A stretch of DNA of 64,000 nucleotides. Origin: an uncultured Verrucomicrobiae bacterium. Lineage in GTDB: Bacteria > Verrucomicrobiota > Verrucomicrobiia > Chthoniobacterales > UBA10450. The notes under the pieces were generated by a model. It saw only the letters and a program-made list of their open reading frames with translations. It ran no database searches and was not told the origin of the DNA. A program made the position numbers and the translations under genes. Positions 10,270-20,164 of the stretch are shown in pieces. The stretch spans positions 96,001 to 160,000 of the forward strand of contig CAVYXA010000003.1 in the NCBI GenBank assembly GCA_963772365.1. The letters are read 5' to 3'. Within the stretch, counting starts at the first letter, position 1; every line of letters starts with the position of its first letter.

Positions 10270-10743
10270 TTACGATTCCGCGAGTTGGGCGATTTCTTCG
10301 CCAGTCAACCGGAACACAGTCCATTCATTCATCGGTTTCGCGCCGAGAGCACGATAGAATTGAATAGCCGGCTCGTTCCAATTCAGCACGGCCCACTCCA
10401 TCCGGCCACACCCCCGATCACGCGCAATCTTTGCCAGTTGTATTAGTAAGGCGCGTCCGTATCCTTTGCCGCGCAGTTCTGGTTTAACAAACAAATCCTC
10501 CAGATAAAGACCGGGCCGTCCCAGCCAGGTGGAGAAATTGAAAAAGTAAACGGCGAATCCTGCCGGTTCATCGCCTTCAAAGACGAGAATCACTTCCGCC
10601 GCAGGCCGATCGCCGAAAAGAACATCGACAAGTTGTTGCTCGGTGGCGGTCACTTCATTCGGAGCGCGTTCGTAGGTGGCCAGATCGCGAATGAGCTGCA
10701 AAATGATCGGCACGTCTTCTCGCGTAGCGGCTCTGATTTTCAT
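10270..10743 (-). CDS. GNAT N-acetyltransferase (diamine acetyltransferase-like)
   Basis: FSTWLGRPGLYLEDLFV..RGKGYG, RMEWAVLNWNEPAIQFY. Confidence 0.92.
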   Translation of the reverse strand: MKIRAATREDVPIILQLIRDLATYERAPNEVTATEQQLVDVLFGDRPAAEVILVFEGDEPAGFAVYFFNFSTWLGRPGLYLEDLFVKPELRGKGYGRALLIQLAKIARDRGCGRMEWAVLNWNEPAIQFYRALGAKPMNEWTVFRLTGEEIAQLAES

Positions 10744-10780
10744 TCGAGTTTTATTCTACAACTGAAGCCGAACTAAACCT

Positions 10781-10804
10781 GGAGGGGAAGCTGACAGTTT
10801 CCCG
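10781..10804. repeat. Degenerate copy of the RAYT-flanking REP
   Basis: GGAGGGGAAGCTGACAGTTTCCC versus GTAGGGGAAGCTGACAGCTTCCCC at 33789. Confidence 0.7.
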
Positions 10805-10869
10805 ACTCTGTATCATCGAACCGCGTCTTGACAAAGCGCTCCTGCAAAGTGAATCGAGTACCCGACTCG

Positions 10870-11397
10870 ATGAAGACGGCCGCTCTCCAGATATTCATCG
10901 CCCTCGTATTGGCTACGTTGTCGCAGGCTCAGGATGAACCGCGGCTCGTGCCGGACGTCGTCGATTACACGAAATTGCTGCCGATTTTGCCGGAAGCGCC
11001 GCCAGGTTGGACTGCCGACAAACCGGAGGGATCGACTGAGGATGCCGGCGGATTCCAGATCACAAACGTTCATCGCGATTATCACAGAGGCGAAGGCAAT
11101 AAAGCGCCGACTGCAGCGATCAGCATTCTCGATTCAATCGCGAATCCCGATTACGTCACGGCGACCAGCGCCAGTTGGAACAAAAAAACCGAAACGCCGG
11201 AAGGCTACAGCAAACCGGTCACCATCGGCGGTAATCCCGGCTTCGAAGCCTACGAGAAAGATCAAGAGCACGCTTCGCTCTGGATCATGATAGCCGGCCG
11301 CTATTTCGTTGAGATTGAGCTCCAGTATCAGGATTCCAAGGAATTGCAGGAATGGATCAAACGCGTCGATCTGAAAAAACTGGCCGGGATTAAATAG
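10870..11397 (+). CDS. Secreted hypothetical protein
   Basis: Signal peptide MKTAALQIFIALVLATLSQA; protein-like composition. Confidence 0.75.
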   Translation: MKTAALQIFIALVLATLSQAQDEPRLVPDVVDYTKLLPILPEAPPGWTADKPEGSTEDAGGFQITNVHRDYHRGEGNKAPTAAISILDSIANPDYVTATSASWNKKTETPEGYSKPVTIGGNPGFEAYEKDQEHASLWIMIAGRYFVEIELQYQDSKELQEWIKRVDLKKLAGIK

Positions 11398-11400
11398 GCT

Positions 11401-11472
11401 GTAGTGTCCGCTGTCCTCAGCGGATGCCGAAAGCGACGCTACCGCCTTGTGCGCTGAGACAGCGCACACTAC
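11401..11472. repeat. GTAG-type REP doublet
   Basis: GTAG-TGTCCGCTGTCCTCAGCGGA ... GTGCGCTGAGACAGCGCACA-CTAC. Confidence 0.8.
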
Positions 11473-11478
11473 AGCATC

Positions 11479-11602
11479 TCACTTCTGCTCCCTCACCATC
11501 GGCACAAATCGAACCGCAATACCGCGCTCCGCAGCTCGCAATTTCGTTTTGGAAAAGAGACAGCTCCTGCGCGGTATATCCGCCCACGGGAACGACCATT
11601 CG
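11479..11602 (-). pseudogene. pcm: 3' remnant of protein-L-isoaspartate O-methyltransferase
   Basis: RMVVPVGGYTAQELSLF then, in another frame, VRFVPMVREQK-stop; matches the Pcm C-terminal motifs. Confidence 0.65.
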
Positions 11603-11634
11603 TTCACATTCCTTAGTTGATCGAGAAGCGACGT

Positions 11635-12627
11635 TTACGGCCTCGAACGTTTCAGACTTTGATAGGCTGCTTCGACAAATGCCAGATCGCGCCGACCAAT
11701 ATCGCCATTGGCGAGACAGCGTTCCGGATTTCCATTGGCAAAGCCGAGTAAGAAGTCACGCCACATCGCTTCGTAGCCCTGCCAGTCGTGAAACGGAAAA
11801 AGCAGCGGCCATATCCACCGGCGTTTGAACAGGCCGAATCGCCCGGCGTTCGATGAATAAACCGAGGCTTTAGAGCCATGGACGGAAAAAAAACTCACCG
11901 GCAGCGCACCTTGGACCGCCCATGAGTAAACGAGCACGCCCACGGCGCCGTTTTCGAACTGGCATGTAACCACGATCGAATCCTCCTGCGGGCTGGATTG
12001 ATTGGAGACAGGTGGTTGATAGGCCGTGATCGAAACCGGCGCGCCCTGGCCGAGAGTCATGAGGACGTTGGCCCAGTGGATGCCGCCGTCGATCAAAATG
12101 CCACCGCCCATACGGTCGAGACTGGCACGCCATTCATCTTTTTTGAATTGATGCGTTCGCATGATGTGAATGCGAATCAACTTGATCACGCCCAGCGCTC
12201 CCGAGCGCACGATCCGGTCGACCTTCAAAACGTTGGGGCGATAACGATGATTTTCCGCCACCAGTACATGTCGATCCATTCGTTTGGCTGTCGCCAGAAT
12301 TTCGTCGGCCTCGGCAACGGTGCACGCGATCGGCTTCTCGATGATCACGTGCTTGCCATAGTCGAGCGCGGTCAGCGCCAGACCGCGATGGCTGTCGTTT
12401 GGTGTGCAAATCACGACGGTGTCGATCTTGTCGTGAAAAAAAGCGGCTTCGTACGAATCGAAAGCCAGTTCGCCATCGAATTGGGAGCGATACTTTTCGG
12501 CTTTGGCTTCATCGCGGCTGGCAAAGGAAATTTGCACATGATTGGCCGGGACAAATCCTTCGAGCTTTTTCAGAACACGCGCGTGAGTGAGCGCAATCTT
12601 ACCACAGCCAATCAGGCAATAATGCAT
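11635..12627 (-). CDS. Gfo/Idh/MocA family oxidoreductase
   Basis: IGCGKIA, ICTPNDSH, IEKPIA, GGGILIDGGIH. Confidence 0.92.
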   Translation of the reverse strand: MHYCLIGCGKIALTHARVLKKLEGFVPANHVQISFASRDEAKAEKYRSQFDGELAFDSYEAAFFHDKIDTVVICTPNDSHRGLALTALDYGKHVIIEKPIACTVAEADEILATAKRMDRHVLVAENHRYRPNVLKVDRIVRSGALGVIKLIRIHIMRTHQFKKDEWRASLDRMGGGILIDGGIHWANVLMTLGQGAPVSITAYQPPVSNQSSPQEDSIVVTCQFENGAVGVLVYSWAVQGALPVSFFSVHGSKASVYSSNAGRFGLFKRRWIWPLLFPFHDWQGYEAMWRDFLLGFANGNPERCLANGDIGRRDLAFVEAAYQSLKRSRP

Positions 12628-12630
12628 GCG

Positions 12631-13734
12631 TTAGACCGATGCCAGCGGGCCGGCCGGAAGTGGATCGACAGCCAAAGGCAGTGAGACACTGCGTCCTTCG
12701 GCGTTTGCGGTCAAAATCGCGAGCACTGCTTCCAGCGAGTTGCGACCGGCTTCGCCTGGAATTGCGGCCGCGGTTTTCGCCGTTAACGCATTTAGAATCG
12801 AATCGATCTCGACGTAGAAATCGTCGAGATACGGATTGATCTCTAAAGTCGGAATCGTCCAGGAATTGTCCTGCGAATGGCGATAACGCAATCCGCCGTC
12901 GATCCAGACTTCGATCACTCCTTTTTCGCCTAGCAAAATCAGTTTGGCGTCGAGCGAGCTGCGTTCATCCACCCGCAGCGTCGCTTGCAAACCATTCTGG
13001 AATTCCAGAAAGATCCAGCTGTCGCGATCGCGCGATTGCGTGGATAACGAAGCTTCCTCCGGCGATCTCGCTCTGCCGCCGCGGCCGTCGCTCAGCGATG
13101 CCGTCACCCGCTCGAGTGGCCCGAGAAGATCGAGCAATAAATCGAGGCAATGAATCCCGGCTCGCAAAATATCCGGTGGACATTCCGCTATCACATGACG
13201 CAACTCGCCGATCGTTCCCCCTGCGAGTAGTTGCCTCGCGCATCGGTGTTGTGGTGCGAAACGCCGTTGGTGACCAATGGCGAGGAGCACGCCGCGGTCG
13301 CGGCAGACCTGAATCATTTCGTCAGCTTCATTCAGATCGAGCGCGATCGGTTTTTCACATAGCACCGCTCGCACTCCTGCGTTCGCCGCTGCCAGAACCG
13401 CCTGCGAATGAAACCTTGGCGGCGCGCAAATACTCACCATGTCGAGCTGTTCTTGGTTCAGCATCTCGCGGAAGTCGGCATAAGCATTTGGGATTTTCCA
13501 AGTCCGTTGCGCCCGCGTTCGTTGTTTGGAATCGGGATCTGCCGCGGCAACTACGTTGGCCTTCCCGGTTTTCAGATATCCGTAAAGATGTCGCCAGGCG
13601 ACACGGCCTGTTCCAATAATGCCAATACGAAACGTATCCGCCGCCGCAATTCTGCGGCCTCGTCGAACTGTGAGTTCGCACAAAAGTTCGCGCCACCAAC
13701 GATGCCACGTCGGCTGACGAAGCATGTTCCTCAT
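12631..13734 (-). CDS. Gfo/Idh/MocA family oxidoreductase (start uncertain)
   Basis: IGIIGTGRVA, LCEKPIA, GHQRRF. Confidence 0.88.
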   Translation of the reverse strand: MRNMLRQPTWHRWWRELLCELTVRRGRRIAAADTFRIGIIGTGRVAWRHLYGYLKTGKANVVAAADPDSKQRTRAQRTWKIPNAYADFREMLNQEQLDMVSICAPPRFHSQAVLAAANAGVRAVLCEKPIALDLNEADEMIQVCRDRGVLLAIGHQRRFAPQHRCARQLLAGGTIGELRHVIAECPPDILRAGIHCLDLLLDLLGPLERVTASLSDGRGGRARSPEEASLSTQSRDRDSWIFLEFQNGLQATLRVDERSSLDAKLILLGEKGVIEVWIDGGLRYRHSQDNSWTIPTLEINPYLDDFYVEIDSILNALTAKTAAAIPGEAGRNSLEAVLAILTANAEGRSVSLPLAVDPLPAGPLASV

Positions 13735-13850
13735 CAAACCTTTGTAGTGGGTCGCCGGAGAAACCGCAAGCAGAGCGCCGCTCTCATTGCTGCGTCTCGC
13801 AGACAAATTTTTCGTGTCCTTCGCGACCTTCGTGGTTAATTGCCCCGTTC

Positions 13851-15746
13851 ATGCAGGAAGAACGGAAAACTTTGGAACAACGCGCGCAGATGACGGACAT
13901 CGAACGTCTCCGGCATTCGGCGTCGCATGTCCTGGCCACGGCGATTCTGCGCCTCTGGCCGGAAGCGCAGTTTGCCGCCGGCCCTCCGGTCGAGAACGGC
14001 TTTTATTACGATGTCGATCTTCCCCATCGGATTTCGCCTGAGGATTTCGAGAAGATCGAGGCGGAGATGAAAAAGGAGATCAAAGCGAATCATCCGTTCG
14101 AGAAAATGGAGGTCTCGCGCGACGAAGCGCTCGAGCTTGGAAAAAAAGGCCGGCTTGCGGCGTTGAGCGATCGCAACGAGCCGAGCAAATTTAAGATCGA
14201 CATCATCGAGAACATTCCAGCTGACGAAAAGATTTCGCTCTATCGGAACGGCGACTTCATCGATCTCTGCGCCGGCCCGCACGTGATGCGCACGGGAAAC
14301 ATCGGCGCGTTCAAGCTCACCAGCGTCGCCAGCGCCTATTATAAAGGCGACGAAAAGAACCCACAGCTCCAGCGCATTTACGGCACCGCCTTCAAAACCA
14401 AGAAAGAGCTCGACGAATACTTCGCCATGCTCGAGGAAGCGAAAAAGCGCGATCATCGCAAGCTCGGCAAGGAACTCGAGATTTACATCATCGACGAAGA
14501 TGTCGGGCCGGGTTTGCCGCTCTGGTTACCGCGCGGCGCGGCAATCATCGAAGAACTCGAGAAGCTTGCGAAAGAAACGGAATTCGCCGCCGGTTATCAA
14601 CGCGTCCGCACCGTCAACATCGCGCGCGAACAGCTCTATAAAAAAAGCGGTCATTTGCCTTACTACGCTGAGTCGATGTTTCCGCCGATGGAGCTGAGAG
14701 AGGAGCGTGAATCGTTAAATCGAGAATCGTTAAATCGTGACGAAAATGCCGATGCAACGATTCACGATTCACGAATTACGTCTACGAAGTACTACCTCAA
14801 AGCGATGAACTGTCCGCACCATCACAAGTTGTATGCGGCGATTCCTCGGAGTTATCGCGATCTGCCGTTGCGGCTGGCGGAGTACGGATTTTGTCATCGT
14901 TACGAGCAGAGCGGCGAGTTGTTCGGATTGATGCGGGTGCGCTCGATGCAGATGAACGACGCCCACCTTTACATGACGCCGGAGCAGTTCGAGGCCGAGT
15001 TCAACGCCGTGAACGAGATGTATCTGAATTACTTCAAGCTATTTGGGCTCGAGAAATATCTGATGCGTTTCTCGACTCACGATCCGTCGAAACTCGGACA
15101 AAAATTTGTCGATGAACCGAAGCTTTGGAAACAGACCGAGGAGATGACGAGAAACGTGCTCAAGAATTCCGGAATCAATTATGTCGAAGTGCCGAACGAA
15201 GCCGCATTTTACGGCCCGAAGATCGACGTGCAGGTTTGGAGCGTGATTGGGCGCGAGTTTTCAATCGCAACGAACCAGGTCGATTTCGCCCAGCCGCGCC
15301 GGTTCGATCTCAAATACAAAGATCGTGACAACACGGAGAAGACGCCGATCTGCATTCATCGGGCGCCGCTTGGCACGCACGAACGGTTTATCGGTTTCCT
15401 GCTCGAACATTACGCAGGCAACTTTCCGCTCTGGCTATCGCCGGAACAGGTGCGCATCTTCACCATCGGCGACGACGCGAAGCTCGTGGAATATTCGATG
15501 TCGATCCTGAACGAGCTGCGTGGTCAATACGTTCGCGCCGAGATTGACAAGAGCACCGATCAGATCAACGGCAAAATCCAGCGCGCGGAACAAATGAAAG
15601 TCCACACCATGTTCGTGATCGGAAAACGCGACATGGACGCGAATGCGGTCAGCGTTCGCGTTCACGGAAAAGGCAATCTCGGCGCGAAACCGCGCGCCGA
15701 AGCGGTCGCTGATATTTTATTGTCGATCAAGGAACGGCGCGGATGA
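13851..15746 (+). CDS. thrS: Threonine--tRNA ligase
   Basis: RHSASH, DLCAGPH, KKRDHRKLG, MNCPHH, AAFYGPKID, IHRAPLGTHERF. Confidence 0.98.
   Translation: MQEERKTLEQRAQMTDIERLRHSASHVLATAILRLWPEAQFAAGPPVENGFYYDVDLPHRISPEDFEKIEAEMKKEIKANHPFEKMEVSRDEALELGKKGRLAALSDRNEPSKFKIDIIENIPADEKISLYRNGDFIDLCAGPHVMRTGNIGAFKLTSVASAYYKGDEKNPQLQRIYGTAFKTKKELDEYFAMLEEAKKRDHRKLGKELEIYIIDEDVGPGLPLWLPRGAAIIEELEKLAKETEFAAGYQRVRTVNIAREQLYKKSGHLPYYAESMFPPMELREERESLNRESLNRDENADATIHDSRITSTKYYLKAMNCPHHHKLYAAIPRSYRDLPLRLAEYGFCHRYEQSGELFGLMRVRSMQMNDAHLYMTPEQFEAEFNAVNEMYLNYFKLFGLEKYLMRFSTHDPSKLGQKFVDEPKLWKQTEEMTRNVLKNSGINYVEVPNEAAFYGPKIDVQVWSVIGREFSIATNQVDFAQPRRFDLKYKDRDNTEKTPICIHRAPLGTHERFIGFLLEHYAGNFPLWLSPEQVRIFTIGDDAKLVEYSMSILNELRGQYVRAEIDKSTDQINGKIQRAEQMKVHTMFVIGKRDMDANAVSVRVHGKGNLGAKPRAEAVADILLSIKERRG
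14706..14780. repeat. Heptamer-based inverted repeat translated in frame inside thrS
   Basis: CGTGAAT CGTTAAAT CGAGAAT CGTTAAAT ... ACGATTC ACGATTC ACGAATT; encodes RESLNRESLNRDENADATIHDSRIT. Confidence 0.8.
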
Positions 15747-15986
15747 GCCGACATGAAAAGCTACTGGAACGCTTGCGCGACCGGCAGCGCGACGCGACCT
15801 GGGACTTCGACGAACTCTGTCAATTGCTCCAACGACTGGGGTTCGAAATGCGCATCGGTGGGAGCCATCACTTCTTCCGCAAGTCGGGCGTGGCCGAAGC
15901 GATTAACTTGCAACCACAGAAAGGAAAAGAAGGGTTACCAGGTTCGCCAAGCGCGCAAGGTGCTCCAAAATAATCAGCTGTTATGA
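15743..15986 (+). CDS. hicA: HicA-family toxin, frameshift near 15925
   Basis: LLQRLGFEMRIGGSHHFF..INLQP, continuing in another frame as GYQVRQARKVL; coupled to hicB. Confidence 0.85.
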
Positions 15987-16195
15987 ACAACAAATTTGAG
16001 GTGGTCGTTTACTGGAGCGAACAGGACGGCCATTTCCTGGCCGAGGTGCCTGAGCTTCCCAGCATAATTACTGACGGTGCGACGCGAGTCGAAGCGTTGC
16101 GCAATGCCGAGGAAATGATCGACGCTTATTTGAAAACTGCACGCGAAGCATCGTGGCCGATTCCAGAACCCAAGGGCCGCCTCGCCTTTGCATAA
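15983..16195 (+). CDS. hicB: HicB-family antitoxin
   Basis: YWSEQDGHFLAEVPELP..DGATRVEALRNAEEMI...IPEPKGR. Confidence 0.92.
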   Translation: MNNKFEVVVYWSEQDGHFLAEVPELPSIITDGATRVEALRNAEEMIDAYLKTAREASWPIPEPKGRLAFA

Positions 16196-16202
16196 ATATT
16201 CG

Positions 16203-16381
16203 ACGGCAAGATCCAGCGGGCCGAACAAATGAAAGTCCACAGCATGTTCGTGATCGAAAAACGCGACATGGACGCGAATGCGGTCAGCGTTCGCGTTCAC
16301 GGAAAAGGCAATCTCGGCGCGAAACCGCGCGCCGAAGCGGTCGCGGAAATTTTGCAATCAATAAGAGAGCGCCGGGCGTGA
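16203..16381 (+). repeat. 179-bp second copy of the thrS 3' end (direct repeat of 15568..15746)
   Basis: Encodes GKIQRAEQMKVHSMFVIEKRDMDANAVSVRVHGKGNLGAKPRAEAVAEILQSIRERRA-stop. Confidence 0.95.
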
Positions 16382-17436
16382 AAAGCTTTCGAGTGTTTTT
16401 GGCTATGACGCTCGGTGGTTGTTACGCGGCTGTCCCGCTTAGCGCCGGCGAGGTCGTTACTTGCAAATCGCCCGACGGAAAGTTTGCGCTCCGCTGCGTT
16501 TATGCCAACGCGCAGCCTTACAACGGGAAGGCAGCGATTGTGGAGATGCCCGCGCACAAGGCCGTTTTCGTTCTCGATCCCAACTGGACTCTCGGACACG
16601 TCAAGCTTGTCTGGTCGCCAGATTCGCAACGCGTCGCTTATTTTTCAGAGAAGGGAAATAACTATGCGACGCGTCTGTTCTTTCGCAACGGTTCTTCGTT
16701 CAGCGAAATTGCGCTGCCCGATTTTCCCTCACCCAAACTTCCGTCGAATGCGACAGCTGCGTCGGACGCAGACACGACCACGAGAATAGAAGCGATGAGC
16801 TGGAGCGGATCGGGGGATTTGTTACTTGAAAAAGAATTGCTCAATCCCGCCTGGGGCCGGGCTGCTCTCAGAATCACGCTCGGATTCGATCTCGAGAATC
16901 AGCCTTCGTTGCGGAGTGTGGAACAGGAGAAGGTATCGATCATCGATTACTTTCTGCTTTTGCCGCCGGAAAATTTCGAAGCGCCGCCTTCGGCCTGGCT
17001 GAGCCAGATGCGCGGACACAATCATTTTTTCCCTTGTGACAGCAAGCCTGAGCACAACATCGATGAGAAAAACGGCTACCTGAGTTGCTCGGGCGATGGC
17101 GCTCAGTCAAACTTTGATGTCGCGCTTTTTCGTCATCGCGACGGACGACCGCTCCTTGCATTTTGTTCCGCCCAAGTCGAACCGGATGATTCGTTCGGAG
17201 ACTCGGTTTATCTCAAGTTTTTCGAGCTCGGCCCAGACGGCAAGATGCAGGAAATCAAACACTCGATGTTCCCCGGCGCGGGGAACAATTACGATTCTGA
17301 ATTAGGCGAAGGGAAAGGGAGCTGGGAATTTGTGTTACCGAGACAAGGCCGGACGATTCTGGTGCGTTCGCTGAAAAGCCAAAAAGTTCTCCACAAGTTC
17401 GCGTGGGATGGGGAAAAATTTGTCGAGCAAAAATAA
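16378..17436 (+). CDS. Secreted two-domain protein, WSPDS family
   Basis: GTG overlaps the stop of the thrS copy; signal peptide; SPDGKF..LVWSPDSQRVA; second domain starting IIDYFLLLP. Confidence 0.8.
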   Translation: MKSFRVFLAMTLGGCYAAVPLSAGEVVTCKSPDGKFALRCVYANAQPYNGKAAIVEMPAHKAVFVLDPNWTLGHVKLVWSPDSQRVAYFSEKGNNYATRLFFRNGSSFSEIALPDFPSPKLPSNATAASDADTTTRIEAMSWSGSGDLLLEKELLNPAWGRAALRITLGFDLENQPSLRSVEQEKVSIIDYFLLLPPENFEAPPSAWLSQMRGHNHFFPCDSKPEHNIDEKNGYLSCSGDGAQSNFDVALFRHRDGRPLLAFCSAQVEPDDSFGDSVYLKFFELGPDGKMQEIKHSMFPGAGNNYDSELGEGKGSWEFVLPRQGRTILVRSLKSQKVLHKFAWDGEKFVEQK

Positions 17437-17511
17437 CCTGCCGCTTTCCGTTTCCAACTGCGACAATCAAAGAGCTGAATGCTCACGCCTAATAGATGAC
17501 CTTCGCGTCTC

Positions 17512-17985
17512 TCATTCGTTAACGTTGTCGAGGCCGGTGAATTTCCAGCCGCTTTTGGTTACTTCAAAAATGAAACGAATTGGTGCGTTTTCTTTATCGG
17601 CCGGGGTTTCTTTAAACGGGCAATAGACAGCATACCGTCGCTTAGATTCTTTTTGAGGTTCGGCGCTGGCAAAACATTGCGCAGCATTGGCCTCCCCTTT
17701 AAAGACTTCGTCATAACGGCGTAAGAACTCCTGCCTGTTCTTTACGGCTTTTACTAAATAGGGCATCGACAACGGGAATTTCGTCATCTCCGCGACCGTC
17801 GATTTATCACCAGCGATAACTGCGGATCGGAATTTGTTCCAGAATGTCGAAAAGTCGGGCTGCGCAAAAGCGTTTGGAAATGACAACAGAATCAAAACCC
17901 CGGCTAACCAAGTCTGGGCGCGAATCACCCGCCACGGCCGGCAGGCGCGAATAGACGCCAAGAAATTCAGCCTAGATGGTCTCAT
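17512..17985 (-). CDS. Small secreted protein, paralog of 26361..26777
   Basis: AFAQ..F..FWNKF.SAVIAGDK..VAEMTKFPLSMPY shared with 26361. Confidence 0.85.
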   Translation of the reverse strand: MRPSRLNFLASIRACRPWRVIRAQTWLAGVLILLSFPNAFAQPDFSTFWNKFRSAVIAGDKSTVAEMTKFPLSMPYLVKAVKNRQEFLRRYDEVFKGEANAAQCFASAEPQKESKRRYAVYCPFKETPADKENAPIRFIFEVTKSGWKFTGLDNVNE

Positions 17986-18638
17986 TGTTCCTTCTGCCTC
18001 TTTTCTACTTCTTTCTCCGACATCCGATGGGTCTTAACGATTTTCCAGTTGCCCGCGTCGTCGAACTTGAAAGTAAGAAGAAGATCGGCGCCGAAACCGG
18101 GGCCTGCATAATCGCCATCATCCTTGTGCACTACTTCCGCCATGGACCCATACACAATCAGATTGCTCGAATCGAGCCACCGGTCCGGCTCCACCGTCCA
18201 CCACTGCATATGGAGAAATGTTCCCTTAGGCAGGCCTTTTTTCTTTGCTTGTGCATCAATAATGTTACCAGCCCGCTCGAAAAGATCGTCGCCGTCGCCG
18301 GGCGTCTTTAGTGTTAACCAGTGCTCGCCGCGCAGTTGGTAGAGCAAGGTGAGATGCTCCTTCCCCGCGCCACAGCTATAAAATGCCAGCCGTCTTGAAT
18401 CCGGCGCCCAAAGCGGTGCCGAATGCTCACCTACGGCGCCCAGGTCACATTGCTCTAGGAACTCCAATGCTACTTCGTTTGTGCCAGCCTTAACAAGCTT
18501 CGGTGCCTCTCCGCCAACGTATTCCCATTTCTTGTCTGGAGAGACGGAACTTGGCGACGGCGAAGGCTCTTGGCCAGTAGTCGGCTGGTTTAGAGCGAGA
18601 AAGCAGCAAAGACAACCCAGAGCAACTGACCTGTGCAT
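17982..18638 (-). CDS. Secreted protein, WSPDS family
   Basis: Signal peptide, SVSPDKKWEY, LWAPDSRRLA, FKFDDAGNWKIVKTHRMS. Confidence 0.82.
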   Translation of the reverse strand: MHRSVALGCLCCFLALNQPTTGQEPSPSPSSVSPDKKWEYVGGEAPKLVKAGTNEVALEFLEQCDLGAVGEHSAPLWAPDSRRLAFYSCGAGKEHLTLLYQLRGEHWLTLKTPGDGDDLFERAGNIIDAQAKKKGLPKGTFLHMQWWTVEPDRWLDSSNLIVYGSMAEVVHKDDGDYAGPGFGADLLLTFKFDDAGNWKIVKTHRMSEKEVEKRQKEQ

Positions 18639-18847
18639 CGTTCAAGATTGCGAAATTCAAGCGCGCATTGTCAATGCTGTGGCAGGCCTGTGTTTCCCTC
18701 CATCTTGCGCGCCCAACTGACAATTGACCCCGAAAGGGTTCGCGAGTTGACCAACACTACCAGCATAACGACAGCGCCGCTTTTGTATCTCGACAATGCC
18801 GCTCATCTCTGCAAGCTACGCGACACAGTCACGGAAGGAATCATCTT

Positions 18848-19453
18848 ATGAATGTAATTAAATTACCCAGTGTCATCCTGTTGTTCGCCCTGGCTCTTCT
18901 GTTTAACCCCGCCATGATCAAGGCTGGCCTCTATGCGGATGAGGCGAAAAATGCCACGAACGGCGAACTGAACGACCAGGACTACTGGTGGACCCGGTTC
19001 GACGTTATGATGCTCGATCTTGCCTTGAAACAGCATCAACCGGAGGGCCGCATCGGCATCAACGTGGCGGTGGCATTACGCCGCCTCGATGATCTCGCAA
19101 AGCGGTATCCCAAGCATGAGGAAATCCAGAAATGGAAAACGCGCTTTGCGGATGTGCAGGCGAAGATCGACCCCGATACCAATCGCGCCGTGTACTTCGG
19201 TCCGGAATGTCCGTGGGACGAATCCAATTTCGCGCAGCTTTGGGTAAATCTGCATTGGGCCACGCTGGCTGCGGGACAGAAGGACTGGAACACCGCGCTC
19301 TCCTGCCTGCAGAATGTCGAGCAGAACTACCAGTTCATGCTCAAGCCGGACCGCATGAAGGACTATCCCGAGGATTTGCGGAAATGGGTGGTCGAAAACA
19401 AGCCCGAGGCCGACAAGCTCTATGCTGAAGCGAAGGCCAAGACCGGCGGTTGA
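18848..19453 (+). CDS. Secreted helical hypothetical protein
   Basis: AAGGA RBS-like sequence, signal peptide, 201-aa ORF. Confidence 0.8.
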   Translation: MNVIKLPSVILLFALALLFNPAMIKAGLYADEAKNATNGELNDQDYWWTRFDVMMLDLALKQHQPEGRIGINVAVALRRLDDLAKRYPKHEEIQKWKTRFADVQAKIDPDTNRAVYFGPECPWDESNFAQLWVNLHWATLAAGQKDWNTALSCLQNVEQNYQFMLKPDRMKDYPEDLRKWVVENKPEADKLYAEAKAKTGG

Positions 19454-19496
19454 GATTGCCCGACCGCTGCCGAATTCCGCTCGCGCGATCACCGCT

Positions 19497-19904
19497 ATGA
19501 AGCGCACTCGACACGCGGCCAAACTTGGCGCAGCGATTACGGTCGCCTTGGTGACTCTCCATGGACTGGCGCTGGCCCAATCCGGGCGCAGTGTCATGCG
19601 GGGATACGTGGCATTCGAAAATGTGGCGTGGGTTGATAAGCAGCCTACGGCCAAGGTCACCTTGCGCTCCATCACGGAAAACAATTCGAACACCTACACC
19701 GGCGAGACGAGCGAACACGGTATGTATGAAGTCCCGGTGCCCATGGGCGAATATGAGCTGACTATCGGTGCGCCCGGCTTCGTGTCCTACAAGACCACGC
19801 TCTACATGCCCTCCGACTTCATCGCCAATCTCGCCGTGATGTTGAAGAAGGCTGATGCCAAAGGGTCGATGCCAAAGGGCACCGGGAGAAAACCAAAAGC
19901 GTAG
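19497..19904 (+). CDS. Secreted carboxypeptidase-regulatory-like (beta-sandwich) protein
   Basis: Signal peptide; AKVTL..T.EHGMY..VPMGEYELTIGAPGF pattern. Confidence 0.75.
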   Translation: MKRTRHAAKLGAAITVALVTLHGLALAQSGRSVMRGYVAFENVAWVDKQPTAKVTLRSITENNSNTYTGETSEHGMYEVPVPMGEYELTIGAPGFVSYKTTLYMPSDFIANLAVMLKKADAKGSMPKGTGRKPKA

Positions 19905-19957
19905 CGGCCCAAGCGTGCCCAAAATCCTACTGAGAACGGGAGACAGCTTCGACGCTT

Positions 19958-20026
19958 CCCAACGCATACAAAGTGATTGCGGCGCTGGATATGGACGGTG
20001 ACAGGAAGATGAAAGTTATAGTTCGA
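19958..20026 (+). pseudogene. Remnant paralog of 29098..29910
   Basis: PNAYKVIAALDMDGDRKMKVIVR versus PNMYEISAVLDLNGDGKFEIVIH. Confidence 0.65.
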
Positions 20027-20164
20027 ACTCACTGATGGGCTTCGAAAGTGAACAAAAACGCGAGCAAACGCTGGATGGCATCCGACATAGTGCCATCTCA
20101 TTGATGCGCGCCGGTATTGGCTGCCTATTTACGAGCAATTCAAGGTCAGCAAAGAAGTTTCCTC

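Noticed and set aside
9336..14456. Long antisense ORFs (for example 9336..10367, 11998..12684, 13836..14456)
   Set aside because: They are shadows of well-supported opposite-strand genes in GC-rich DNA.
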